This document shows, piece by piece, positions 42,789-51,858 of a stretch of 64,000 nucleotides of DNA (position 1 is its first letter; every line of letters begins with the position of its first letter). The notes under the pieces were generated by a model. That model was given only the letters and a program-made list of their open reading frames with translations, made no database searches and was not told the origin of the DNA. The position numbers were made by a program, and so were the translations under genes. Where the stretch lies: the NCBI GenBank assembly GCA_963740085.1, contig CAVUCU010000001.1, positions 1 through 64,000 on the forward strand. Direction: 5' to 3'. The DNA comes from Nitrospirota bacterium (GTDB taxonomy: Bacteria > Nitrospirota > UBA9217).

Positions 42789-43199
42789 TCAGTCAGCGGA
42801 GCGATTTTCGCCGACCCGCCCTTTCCATGCTATAAAATCCATTTCAATAGCCACCTCTTTCGGAAGACGTGAAACCTCGACCGTAGCACGTGCAGGCGGT
42901 TCAGAGGGGAAATACCCGCCGTACACCTCGTTCACTGCCGCAAAATCAGCCATGTTCTTGAGATAGATAGTGACCTTTACAACCTGCTGCAGGCCGCAAC
43001 CAGCGGCCAAGAGAATGGCCCTGGTATTCTCCATCACCTGCCTGGTCTGAGCTTTTATGTCAACCTGGACCACATTTCCGCCTTTAGGGTCTACCGGTAT
43101 CTGACCGGATACGAACACAAGACCGCCCGCCACAACAGCCTGGGAATAAGGCCCGATCGCCTGGGGAGCATCTGCAGTTTTTATGATTTTTTTCTTCAA
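42789..43199 (-). CDS. ridA: RidA family enamine/imine deaminase
   Basis: [25 protein letters not shown]; TTG start with GGAGG. Confidence 0.9.
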   Translation of the reverse strand: MKKKIIKTADAPQAIGPYSQAVVAGGLVFVSGQIPVDPKGGNVVQVDIKAQTRQVMENTRAILLAAGCGLQQVVKVTIYLKNMADFAAVNEVYGGYFPSEPPARATVEVSRLPKEVAIEMDFIAWKGRVGENRSAD

Positions 43200-43303
43200 A
43201 AATAAACCTCCACAGTATCTTTAATTAAATTACACAACTTATTATTATTTTATGCTTTTTAATATTTAATGTAAACCATTATGTGTTTCGCTTGCCAGAA
43301 GTA

Positions 43304-43419
43304 GTCATACCCGTCTCAACCGCTTCCCGGGGATAAACTTTGCCCGTGAAAACGGCGGGCTTGTATCCAGGTGTCACGTGTATTTGAAACGACTGGATTC
43401 CCGTTTTCACGGAAATGAC
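43304..43419. repeat. Palindromic REP-type element (GTCATACCCG..ATCCAG..CTGGATTCCCGTTTTCACGGAAATGAC)
   Basis: Terminal GTCAT/ATGAC; internal CCGTGAAAACGG and its complement; dRS3/RPE-like layout. Confidence 0.7.
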
Positions 43420-43501
43420 GAAATAATCATGATTCAGCTCGTGATAAGTTGCGGTGAGCGCTGTTAGCCTGAACTCTGAGCATCAAACCCTTGGATCTTC
43501 C

Positions 43502-45661
43502 CTACCCTGTCCTGATCCTCTTCACATCAATGACCCCTTTTATCGCCTCGATGTTCTTGATGATCCTGTTCAGATGCTCCACATCCCTTATATCTATGGT
43601 GAAGGTAAGCGTTGCCTGCCGGTCCTCGTTGGTGGTGACCTCGGCATGTGTAATGTTCGCCTCTGCCGCGCTGATGGATGATGAGACGCTGGCAAGGAGG
43701 CCGGGCTTGTCCTTTGTCTGGACCGATATCTTGACCGCGTGAGCCCCGGCCTGCAGGTCTCCCCACGATACTTCCACCAGCCGGTCCTTATCAAAGGTAA
43801 GATCGCCGATGTTCGTACAGTCCACCGTGTGGATGGAGACTCCCCTCCCCCTGGTGATGAACCCGAGTATCTTGTCTCCGGGCACGGGATTGCAGCACTT
43901 GGAAAGATGAATAAGCATGTTGTCCATGCCGTTGATCTTCATGCCCCCGCTGCTGCTGGCGGGCTTTGCCCGTTTAAAGAACGACCTCTTGGGCTTGGGG
44001 GCCGGCTCGATGTGCACCTTGTCCGGAGCAAGTTTGTTGGCCACCTGGAGAGCGGATATCTTGCCGTAGCCGATGGCCGCAAACAGGTCTTCTGTCGTAT
44101 TCTGGGACAGCTCTTTCACGACACCGAGAAGTTCCTCCGATTTGAAGAATTTTGAGGGACTGAGTTCGTGCCTGCGGAGCTCTTTTTCGAGCAATTCCTT
44201 CCCCAGAAGCATGCTGCGCCTTCGCTCCTCGATCTTGAGCCACGCCTTGATCCTTGTCTTGGCCCTTGAGGTCTTGACGAATTTGAGCCAGTCGCGGCTC
44301 GGCGTGTGGCCTGCCTGGGTGGTGACCTCGACCTTGTCGCCGTTGCGAAGCTCGTGTTTAAGCGGCACGATCTTGCCGTTCACCTTGGCGCCAACGCACT
44401 GGTGACCGATATCAGTATGCACGCTGTAAGCAAAGTCCACGGGTGTCGACCCCAGAGGCAGTTCCTTTACGTCCCCGCGAGGCGTAAAAACATAGACCAC
44501 GTCCGGGAACAGGTCGCCCTTGACCGTTTCCATGAACTCCTTGGCGTCCGGGACGTCCTTCTGCCATTCCAGGAGCTGTCTGAGCCAGGCATACTGCTGC
44601 TCATCGCGCTGACTGATGGCTGATTTTTCCTTATACCTCCAGTGCGCGGCAATGCCTTCCTCGGCAAGGCGGTGCATTTCCTCGGTGCGGATCTGGAACT
44701 CGACCCGCTCCCCCTTGGGGCCGATGATCGTGGTATGGAGCGACTGGTAGAGGTTGGACTTGGGCACGCCGATAAAATCCTTGAAGCGTCCCGGAACGGG
44801 GGTCCAGAGCGAATGGATGAGCCCGAGGATAGCGTAGCAATTTACCTTGGTATCGGTGATGATCCTGATCGCGATCAGGTCGTAGATGTCTTCAAAGGCA
44901 ATCCCCTGCTTCTGCATCTTCTGGTAGATGCTGTAAAAGTGCTTGGGCCGGCCCTTTACCTCGCCCTTATACCCGTGCTCCCCGAGCTGCTGTTTCACGA
45001 TCTCGATCAATTCGTTGATATACGACTCGCGCTCGATACGGCGCTGATTGACCTTCTGGACCAGGTCTTCGTAGGCCTCGGGGTTAAGGTACATGAACGA
45101 AAGATCTTCGAGCTCGATCTTGATCCTGGAGATACCCATGCGGTTGGCGAGGGGAGCATAGATATCGAGTGTTTCCTGGGCAATTCGCTTCTGTTTATCC
45201 GGCGGGAGTGATTTGAGGGTGCGCATGTTATGCAGCCGGTCGGCCAATTTGATGAGAATGACCCTGATGTCCTTTGCCATGGCCACGATCATCTTGCGGA
45301 AGTTCTCGGCCTCGCGCTGTTCGCGGCTCTGGAGTTCCATGCGGGAGATCTTTGTCATACCATCCACCAGTCCCGCGACCTCCGCGCCGAACATCTCTTT
45401 GAGTTCTTCAGGTGTGGCAGTGGTGTCTTCGATGGTATCGTGAAGCAGGCCGGCCGCCACCGTGGCCGCATCGAGCTTGAGATTGGCGAGAATTGCGGCC
45501 ACTTCGATAGGATGGTTGAGATAGGACTCTCCCGAGAGACGCGTCTGTCCCTGGTGTACCTTGGCCGAGAAAATATAGGCGCGTCTCAGGAGGTCCACAT
45601 CGGCACCGGGATTGTAGTTTTGGATCCTCTCAACTATATCTTCGAGGCGAACTGAGGGCAT
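43502..45661 (-). CDS. rel: Bifunctional (p)ppGpp synthetase/hydrolase
   Basis: HD motif LLHDTIED, KLADRLHNMRTL, YQSLHTT, TGS, KCCNPVPGD, ACT. Confidence 0.96.
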   Translation of the reverse strand: MPSVRLEDIVERIQNYNPGADVDLLRRAYIFSAKVHQGQTRLSGESYLNHPIEVAAILANLKLDAATVAAGLLHDTIEDTTATPEELKEMFGAEVAGLVDGMTKISRMELQSREQREAENFRKMIVAMAKDIRVILIKLADRLHNMRTLKSLPPDKQKRIAQETLDIYAPLANRMGISRIKIELEDLSFMYLNPEAYEDLVQKVNQRRIERESYINELIEIVKQQLGEHGYKGEVKGRPKHFYSIYQKMQKQGIAFEDIYDLIAIRIITDTKVNCYAILGLIHSLWTPVPGRFKDFIGVPKSNLYQSLHTTIIGPKGERVEFQIRTEEMHRLAEEGIAAHWRYKEKSAISQRDEQQYAWLRQLLEWQKDVPDAKEFMETVKGDLFPDVVYVFTPRGDVKELPLGSTPVDFAYSVHTDIGHQCVGAKVNGKIVPLKHELRNGDKVEVTTQAGHTPSRDWLKFVKTSRAKTRIKAWLKIEERRRSMLLGKELLEKELRRHELSPSKFFKSEELLGVVKELSQNTTEDLFAAIGYGKISALQVANKLAPDKVHIEPAPKPKRSFFKRAKPASSSGGMKINGMDNMLIHLSKCCNPVPGDKILGFITRGRGVSIHTVDCTNIGDLTFDKDRLVEVSWGDLQAGAHAVKISVQTKDKPGLLASVSSSISAAEANITHAEVTTNEDRQATLTFTIDIRDVEHLNRIIKNIEAIKGVIDVKRIRTG

Positions 45662-45786
45662 ATGAACACCAAACTCCGAATATCAAGCACTAAATACTAA
45701 ATAAATAACAAAGCGCCATGCACAATAAAATAAACATTTTGGTGATTCGCTCATTGGATTTTGGAATTTATTGAGAATTTAGCGGG

Positions 45787-47586
45787 TTAGGATTTAGACA
45801 TTTCCTTTTCAGTTTTAATGTCCCTTATCTCCAACTCCACCGCTGTTGTTCCATTCCAGGTATTGAGGCGGGGAGTGAACACCGCGGCAAGACGCATTCC
45901 ATCCCATATCTGTTTGCCGAGAAGATGCCCGCGTTTGAAGGCAATCGCGTCGAGCGAAACGCCGCTCTGCTGCCGCAATCGCAGCTTGAGGTGGCCATTG
46001 CCTACGATCCGTGAAGAAACCACACTGAGGGCCCTCGCCCCCAGCCGGGGCTCGGGATTGCCCTGGCCAAAAGGACCCAGTTTTTCAATGTCTTCCATCA
46101 AATCGAGCGTTAACTCATCGAGTGTTACGGCGCCGTCCACGGAGAGCGTACGCACGAACCCTTGAGCACCGATCCGCTCCAGCACAAGGGCGCTCAGCCT
46201 CTCGCGGAACTGCGGGATATTCCCCTGTGCAATGGTAAATCCCGCAGCATACTTGTGTCCGCCGAATCCCATAAGCAGGTCGGAGCACCCGACCAGGCCC
46301 TCGTACAGGTCAAAACCCGGGATGCTCCGTGCCGAACCCTTGCCCATGCCGTCCTGGACGCAGATAAGCGCTGTAGGGCGATAAAATTCTTCGGCTATCC
46401 GTGAGGCAACGATCCCTATGACCCCCGCGTGCCACTTTTCGGATGACAGCACGAGCGCTCCCGCAGCGCCGGTATCGATCGCGCGACAGAGCCCGCGGGC
46501 GTCTTCCCCGATGCCCTCTTCCACGGACTGGCGCTCCCTGTTCACCGCATCGAGCGCCAGGGCCAGTTTCAATGCCTCTTCGCGCGAGCTTGTCGTGAGC
46601 AGGTTTAATGCCGCATCAGCCCTCTCCAGCCTGCCGCTCGCATTGATCCTCGGCGCCAGGGTAAAACCGACAACGCCCACGCCGATCTTCTTGTTATTCA
46701 GCCTTGATACCTGTTTGAGCGCGGCGATCCCCGGCCGCTGGGTTTCCGAGTCCGACGATAGCAGGTCAAGTCCATGCTTGACCAGGATCCGGTTCTCGCC
46801 CGTGATCTTGCCCACGTCGGCGATCGTACCAAGGGTCACGAGGTCGAGATAGGTCGTCAAGCGTTCATCGGTGCTGCTTACACCCAGAAGGGCTTGTGCG
46901 AGCTTGAAGGCAACGCCTACACCGGTCAGTCCGCTTACGAAATCCCGAAGAACAGGCGAAATGTCTGCAGAGAGAAGTCCGGGGTGAAGGACGGCGTAAG
47001 CATCCGGTAAGACAATTTCTAAATTCGGATGCTGTGGAAAATCGTTTCCTTTAGAATTTAGAAATTCGGACTTAGGATTTGTCGTAAACTCGTGGTGATC
47101 GGTGATGATCAGATCAAGGCCGATCGAGAGGGCTGATTCAGCCTCCCGAACAGCAGTAATGCCGCAATCTACGGAAATGACCAGTGTCGTTCCGGCGGTT
47201 TTTAATGTTTTCAGGGCATTTGCATTCAGTCCATACCCCTCGGTCATTCTGTCCGGGATATAGCAGTCCACATTCGCGCCCGATTGCTTAAGCGCCAGGA
47301 ACAGGAGGGCGGCGCCGGTGACGCCATCGACATCGTAGTCCCCGTACACCACGATCTTCTCACTACGCGCGATCGCCGTGCGAATTCGTCCGACGGCTTT
47401 TTCCATCTGGCTGAAGACGCCCGGGTCGGATATCGCCGACAGATCGCAGGCGAGAAAAGAGGATGCATCCGGGGCCCTGGTGATGCCCCGATTGACCATC
47501 AGCCTGGCAATGAGCGGATGCAGGCCTGTTTGTTCAGCGAGCGCGGCCGTAACGCCGTCATCAGACCCGGCAAGGACCCATTTCAT
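45787..47586 (-). CDS. recJ: ssDNA exonuclease RecJ with ~20-aa insertion after DHH
   Basis: YGDYDVDG, EGYGLN, TDHH, LGTIADV, PRINASGR, GSARS, GGHKYAAG. Confidence 0.95.
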   Translation of the reverse strand: MKWVLAGSDDGVTAALAEQTGLHPLIARLMVNRGITRAPDASSFLACDLSAISDPGVFSQMEKAVGRIRTAIARSEKIVVYGDYDVDGVTGAALLFLALKQSGANVDCYIPDRMTEGYGLNANALKTLKTAGTTLVISVDCGITAVREAESALSIGLDLIITDHHEFTTNPKSEFLNSKGNDFPQHPNLEIVLPDAYAVLHPGLLSADISPVLRDFVSGLTGVGVAFKLAQALLGVSSTDERLTTYLDLVTLGTIADVGKITGENRILVKHGLDLLSSDSETQRPGIAALKQVSRLNNKKIGVGVVGFTLAPRINASGRLERADAALNLLTTSSREEALKLALALDAVNRERQSVEEGIGEDARGLCRAIDTGAAGALVLSSEKWHAGVIGIVASRIAEEFYRPTALICVQDGMGKGSARSIPGFDLYEGLVGCSDLLMGFGGHKYAAGFTIAQGNIPQFRERLSALVLERIGAQGFVRTLSVDGAVTLDELTLDLMEDIEKLGPFGQGNPEPRLGARALSVVSSRIVGNGHLKLRLRQQSGVSLDAIAFKRGHLLGKQIWDGMRLAAVFTPRLNTWNGTTAVELEIRDIKTEKEMSKS

Positions 47587-47607
47587 ATCCGAGAGGACCT
47601 TTGTTGA

Positions 47608-47790
47608 TCAGGATTTGCTTTCTTTTTTCTCTGAATCTTTTGTGTTTTCGCTGGTATCAGAGATACCCTTCTTGAACCCCTTGATGGCCTTTCCGAGCCC
47701 TTCGCCCAGCTGCGGAAGGCGGTTGGCGCCGAAAATAACCAATACGATAACCAATATGACTATCAGCTCCGGCATTCCAAGTCCAAACAT
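47608..47790 (-). CDS. tatA: Twin-arginine translocase TatA/E
   Basis: [21 protein letters not shown]. Confidence 0.95.
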   Translation of the reverse strand: MFGLGMPELIVILVIVLVIFGANRLPQLGEGLGKAIKGFKKGISDTSENTKDSEKKESKS

Positions 47791-48353
47791 GTTGCCTCCT
47801 TGTATTCCTCTGGCGTATTAAGATTCTTAAACGACCGCTGATCAGGATCAAAACGGGCGATCTCCGGTCCTGTAACATACCGCACTCGTGCATCACTATA
47901 AATACCCTGGATCTTTCGCGCGTCCCGGCTGAGCCGCTCTTCGATGACCGGCAGCAAACGCCGGTGATAGAACGCATGAAGCGGCTCGAGGTAGCCTGCA
48001 ACCATCGGCGCGACGATGTCATGGCCATTAGCAAGAGTGGCCATATACGCGATCAAACCGGGGTTCAGAAACGGCATGTCGCAGGCAACCACAAAATTAT
48101 AATCGTCCTGGGAATGCAGCAGGCCGGAATAGATGCCCGTGAGCGGTCCCTGCTTTTCAACAGCATCAGTGACCACAACAGCGTCGTACGAAACATACGA
48201 CGCCGGATCGTTGGTCACGATGATGATCCTCGAGAACACACCGCGGAGCGTCCTCAGAACATGCCCGATCAGAGGAATTCCGTCAAGCATGAGGAATGCC
48301 TTGTCCCTGCCCATTCGCCGGCTCTCGCCGCCTGAAAGCACAATACCAGTCAT
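47763..48353 (-). CDS. mobA: Molybdenum cofactor guanylyltransferase
   Basis: [33 protein letters not shown]. Confidence 0.93.
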   Translation of the reverse strand: MTGIVLSGGESRRMGRDKAFLMLDGIPLIGHVLRTLRGVFSRIIIVTNDPASYVSYDAVVVTDAVEKQGPLTGIYSGLLHSQDDYNFVVACDMPFLNPGLIAYMATLANGHDIVAPMVAGYLEPLHAFYHRRLLPVIEERLSRDARKIQGIYSDARVRYVTGPEIARFDPDQRSFKNLNTPEEYKEATCLDLECRS

Positions 48354-48358
48354 GTTTA

Positions 48359-48387
48359 AAATTACAGCATTTACCGGGGCGTGTCAA
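48359..48387 (-). promoter_or_regulatory. mobA-tatA-recJ promoter TTGACA-17-TAATTT; probably leaderless
   Basis: -35 48382-48387, -10 48359-48364, only 5 nt before the ATG, no SD. Confidence 0.55.
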
Positions 48388-48515
48388 CCACGAAGTGTGT
48401 CGGAGAGAGTATTATTGAATACTAAAGCCGGGATATGGATGCGAGGTGCGCGCCATTCAGCGGGGCCGAGGAAAGGCGTTTTATCGAGATGTCAGGGCTG
48501 ATATTGTTATGTATA

Positions 48516-48610
48516 TGGAGACTGGTTTCGGAATCGGACCGATAGCGAATCTTGCACGGTTGCCCGACAGGTTTGAAGCCTGCGGCCGGCTCCAGACGAC
48601 TGAACCAGTC
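48516..48610 (-). tRNA. selC*: Non-canonical 8/4 tRNA, anticodon UCA, discriminator U73 (selC*-type; predicted tRNA-Cys reading UGA)
   Basis: GACUGGUU CA GUCGUC UGGA GCCGGC C GCAGG CUUCAAA CCUGU [24-nt variable region] UCGG UCCGAUU CCGA AACCAGUC U CCA; directly downstream of yedF. Confidence 0.8.
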
Positions 48611-48678
48611 TGATGATAAGCATCCGATGAGAAGTGGTTCTGAATACCGCAATAGTTAATTATGAGGTCACTTCCGAA

Positions 48679-49302
48679 TTATACCCACACGGTCTTTTCA
48701 AAATCCTGCATGCCTTCCACGACGATATTCATGGTGCCCCGGTGGCCGACGGCAAGTTTTGACTCAAGGTTATACTTCGTGAGACAGGTACCGCAGGAAT
48801 ATATCTCCACACCCATCTTTTCCATCTCTTGCAACAACCCTGCAATATCAACATCGGTTGTCGTCAGGTACACACCGGTGTTCAGAAAAAAGATCGTGTG
48901 TGGAAGCTGTTTATATACTTTCATTGTTTCAAAGAAGGCCTTCATCAGGGTCTTACCCAGGTACTCTTCCCTCCCCATGATATCGGACCCGACAATGAGA
49001 AGTAGCGACTTCTTCTGTGCCTCCTCACGTTTGACAGGTCCCATATCGAGGCGTGACTGCGGAGAGGCCTCTGATGACTGGACCTTGCAGTCGTATCCCT
49101 TGACGATTTTTACTCTCCAGTCCCTGCCCTCTTTTTTCGATTCGGCAAACAGCGCGTTCAGGACCGCAAACCCGGCGACATTCAGCGCCGACTCCTCGTT
49201 ATCGACTAGGACCTCGATAATTCCCTCCTTTATCTTTGAAAGCGCCTCCTCGGCCATCATCACCGGCTTGGGACATCCCTGCCCTCGTGCATCTATCTGC
49301 AT
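48679..49302 (-). CDS. yedF: Selenium metabolism protein YedF (TusA + DsrE-like domains)
   Basis: IDARGQGCPKPV, VLVDNEES..NV, LGKTLMKAFF, FLNTGV, SCGTCL. Confidence 0.88.
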   Translation of the reverse strand: MQIDARGQGCPKPVMMAEEALSKIKEGIIEVLVDNEESALNVAGFAVLNALFAESKKEGRDWRVKIVKGYDCKVQSSEASPQSRLDMGPVKREEAQKKSLLLIVGSDIMGREEYLGKTLMKAFFETMKVYKQLPHTIFFLNTGVYLTTTDVDIAGLLQEMEKMGVEIYSCGTCLTKYNLESKLAVGHRGTMNIVVEGMQDFEKTVWV

Positions 49303-49334
49303 TACTACATGCCTCCTAAATATTATTTCTATTC

Positions 49335-49813
49335 CTATGCAACCGTTCCACTTGTTGCCTCCGCGGCAAACAGCGCGGCGCCCACGGCCCCGACGAGGTC
49401 AGGCGTCGGAGGCACCAGAACGGCTACCTCGAGTTTCTCATGCAGAAGCCGGACCATGGCATGGTTCTTTGCAACACCGCCGGTGAATACGACCGTGTTG
49501 CCGCGTCCGAGACGATGCACATGGCGGCAAGCCGCTCGACGACGGACAGATGGACAGCCCTGCCGATGTCCCGGGGCGATGCGCCGTGGTTCTTGAGAGA
49601 GATCACCTCCGACTCGGCAAAGACCGTACACATGCTGTTCACCTTGATATCCGCGGTCCCCTTCAATGCCTCGTCGCCGAACTCAGAAAGCGGGATTCCC
49701 AGAGACGCAGCCATTATTTCGAGAAACCGCCCCGTGCCCGCAGCGCACTTATCGTTCATCTGGAAATTCACGACCTTGCCGCTCTCGTCAAGAGAAATGA
49801 CCTTCGAATCCTG
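49335..49813 (-). pseudogene. 3' half of acyl-CoA dehydratase activase (HgdC/BcrAD family), with 1-nt deletion near 49518
   Basis: QDSKVI..MNDKCAAGTGRFLE, SMCTVFAESEVIS, then VFTGGVAKN..VGAVGAAL in the shifted frame; N-terminal half missing. Confidence 0.85.
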
Positions 49814-50356
49814 TCAGCCCACGGGCACTTTTTTACATAACCCGGGAAATACCCGCCGTAACATATCATCACTAAGACGACTCTCCAGGGATTCTTCATA
49901 CTCTACAAGCATTCTCCGTTCCTCAAGAATGTCCCGGGGAGTGTCGTCCCCGGCTATATAATTCCCGTGCTCGATCCGGAGCGAGCCCTCCGCTGCGCTC
50001 AAATCGAATTTCATGCCCCGGTTCCGTTCTATCCACCTGAAACAATCATCATGAGTGCCCACATAGAGAAACGCAAGGTAGCCGTCTTTTTTTATGCAAA
50101 CAATGCGATACCCACATCCCAGGTCGATCTTCTTGCAGTTCTTGATCCGGGCTTCGCCTTTTCTGGTAAACCTGAACTTCTCCCGATCGCCCCGCTTGTC
50201 CCGATGCAAAAGGATGTCTATAAACTCATCGACTTTCCTCGCGGCAACAAGGCTTTCCCCACCCTTTGCCCTTAGAGCCTCAAGACATTTATCGAAGAGA
50301 GGCTCGCGGTAAAAAGTGACCGTATGTCCTCTATCTCCCGTGCAGAAATCCACCAT
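49814..50356 (-). CDS. Hypothetical protein, possible RelE/ParE-like fold
   Basis: KIDLGCGYRIV..FLYVGTHDDCFRWI pattern. Confidence 0.6.
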   Translation of the reverse strand: MVDFCTGDRGHTVTFYREPLFDKCLEALRAKGGESLVAARKVDEFIDILLHRDKRGDREKFRFTRKGEARIKNCKKIDLGCGYRIVCIKKDGYLAFLYVGTHDDCFRWIERNRGMKFDLSAAEGSLRIEHGNYIAGDDTPRDILEERRMLVEYEESLESRLSDDMLRRVFPGLCKKVPVG

Positions 50357-50365
50357 CGTTTCACC

Positions 50366-50884
50366 CTACCGATAACTATGCTGCGCGTTGCACAGCTCAA
50401 GAAATTCAATGAGCTCCTTCCGGATCGCTCTGCCTTTCTGCATGTCATCCGTAGAAAGCAGTTCCAGGAACAAGTCTCCTCCCTCAAGCACGATGGAATA
50501 ACGGGTGATCCCGTATCCTTCTTCGACAGTAAGGTTCTTTTCGATCAGGTTAACGTTATCAAACATCCCGAGCTGGAATGTCTTCTGTTTTTTGAAGAAA
50601 GAGAACCCTCCTGTCTTCTTTACCGTGCCGTCTCTGCGGTTGATCTCTATAACCGTGCCTGTCAGTCTCGATACTACAACGACGATAATGGCAGCTACAC
50701 TGAGAATTACAGGCCAGGGTGGTTCAACACTTCGACTGAACGCGATCATTAGAAGGAATGAAATCGCGAGTACGCCCAAAGCCACACAGAAAAGTTTCGT
50801 TCCTGGCTCATCCCTGTATGACCAGATGTTTTCCTGCGTAGTAAAATCCATAGCCATGAAGTATTGGGCGCTATTTTGCTGCAT
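50366..50884 (-). CDS. Hypothetical two-TM membrane protein
   Basis: Two hydrophobic segments then a soluble domain; start uncertain. Confidence 0.6.
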   Translation of the reverse strand: MQQNSAQYFMAMDFTTQENIWSYRDEPGTKLFCVALGVLAISFLLMIAFSRSVEPPWPVILSVAAIIVVVVSRLTGTVIEINRRDGTVKKTGGFSFFKKQKTFQLGMFDNVNLIEKNLTVEEGYGITRYSIVLEGGDLFLELLSTDDMQKGRAIRKELIEFLELCNAQHSYR

Positions 50885-50901
50885 CCCGTCTTTACCGCAC
50901 T

Positions 50902-51654
50902 TTACTGCACAACCGGCATCTTCGCCTCTTTCCATTCCGCAAAAAGTGCCTGGGCAATAGAGGGATAGGCGAGTTTCATGAGCTTTCGGTAGGCCATGTA
51001 GCTCCTTCCTCCGGTATTGCAGTAAACGATGATCTTCTTCTCTTTCGGCAGAACCTCAGACTTCAGAGCAAAACTCTCCGCGGGGATGTTGATCGCCGAA
51101 GGGATGTGCCCTTCCTTATATTCCGACTCATCCCGCACGTCCACAATAACGAAGTCCCTGTTGCCGCTATCGATCAGCTTCTTAAGATCAGAAGGACTGA
51201 CCTTTGTGGTTTCGATCTTTTTTGCATAATCGGGGCCGGGAACGATCGCATTGCCCTTCTCCTCCCACACAGGGAATCCATCAGCGTAAATGAGAATATT
51301 CTTGTATCCCATCGCGTCCGCTTTTTTTGCAGCTTTCCTGCTCTTACCGCATTTCACGCCGTTGCAGTAGAAGACCATCTGATGGTTCTTGTCCGAAGGG
51401 AGAAGTGAGGTGGATTCTTCCATGCTCTTTTCGGGGATACTCAGGGCGCCCGCGATATGGGCCTCCTGATATTCTTCCCTGGTTCTCGCGTCGATGAGCA
51501 TAAAGTCTTTTTTCTCATCCATCATTGCCTTGAGCTGGTCGGTCGTAACGACCTTGAACTCGATTTCCGCTCCGTGAGCGGATGAGAGCGCAGCTGCTAT
51601 CAGCAGAATTCCCGCGAAGAATAAAACATGCATGATCCTTCTCGTTCTGGGCAT
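50902..51654 (-). CDS. Exported tandem rhodanese-domain protein
   Basis: Signal peptide; IDART.EEY..AHI.GA with YCNGVKCGKS; VDVRD..EY..GHIP with YCNTGGRS. Confidence 0.92.
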   Translation of the reverse strand: MPRTRRIMHVLFFAGILLIAAALSSAHGAEIEFKVVTTDQLKAMMDEKKDFMLIDARTREEYQEAHIAGALSIPEKSMEESTSLLPSDKNHQMVFYCNGVKCGKSRKAAKKADAMGYKNILIYADGFPVWEEKGNAIVPGPDYAKKIETTKVSPSDLKKLIDSGNRDFVIVDVRDESEYKEGHIPSAINIPAESFALKSEVLPKEKKIIVYCNTGGRSYMAYRKLMKLAYPSIAQALFAEWKEAKMPVVQ

Positions 51655-51795
51655 CGAATCCTCCTTATATGATTAACTGAGATCGTTTAGTCGGGGTAAA
51701 AAGGTGCGATCAACCTGATTTTACAGACCAGGAAGGGCACCTCTCTATTCCCAATTAGTAGGACATACTGTATCTAAAGTTTTAAAGCTTGTACA

Positions 51796-51810
51796 ATAGT
51801 TAATATCTAT
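51796..51810. promoter_or_regulatory. LysR-type T-N11-A site ATAG-N7-CTAT upstream of the rhodanese gene
   Basis: ATAGTTAATATCTAT abutting a TTGTAC -35-like hexamer on the minus strand; LysR gene adjacent. Confidence 0.5.
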
Positions 51811-51858
51811 GGCAGGGACAAGTGGCATAGGTCCGGCCTTATATCGGACAGGAAGGGA

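Noticed and set aside
48516-48610. Canonical tRNA-Sec (selC)
   Set aside because: T-stem has 4 bp rather than 5 and the discriminator is U rather than G.
49814-50356. Type II toxin-antitoxin pair
   Set aside because: RelE resemblance is weak and there is no small antitoxin-like neighbour.
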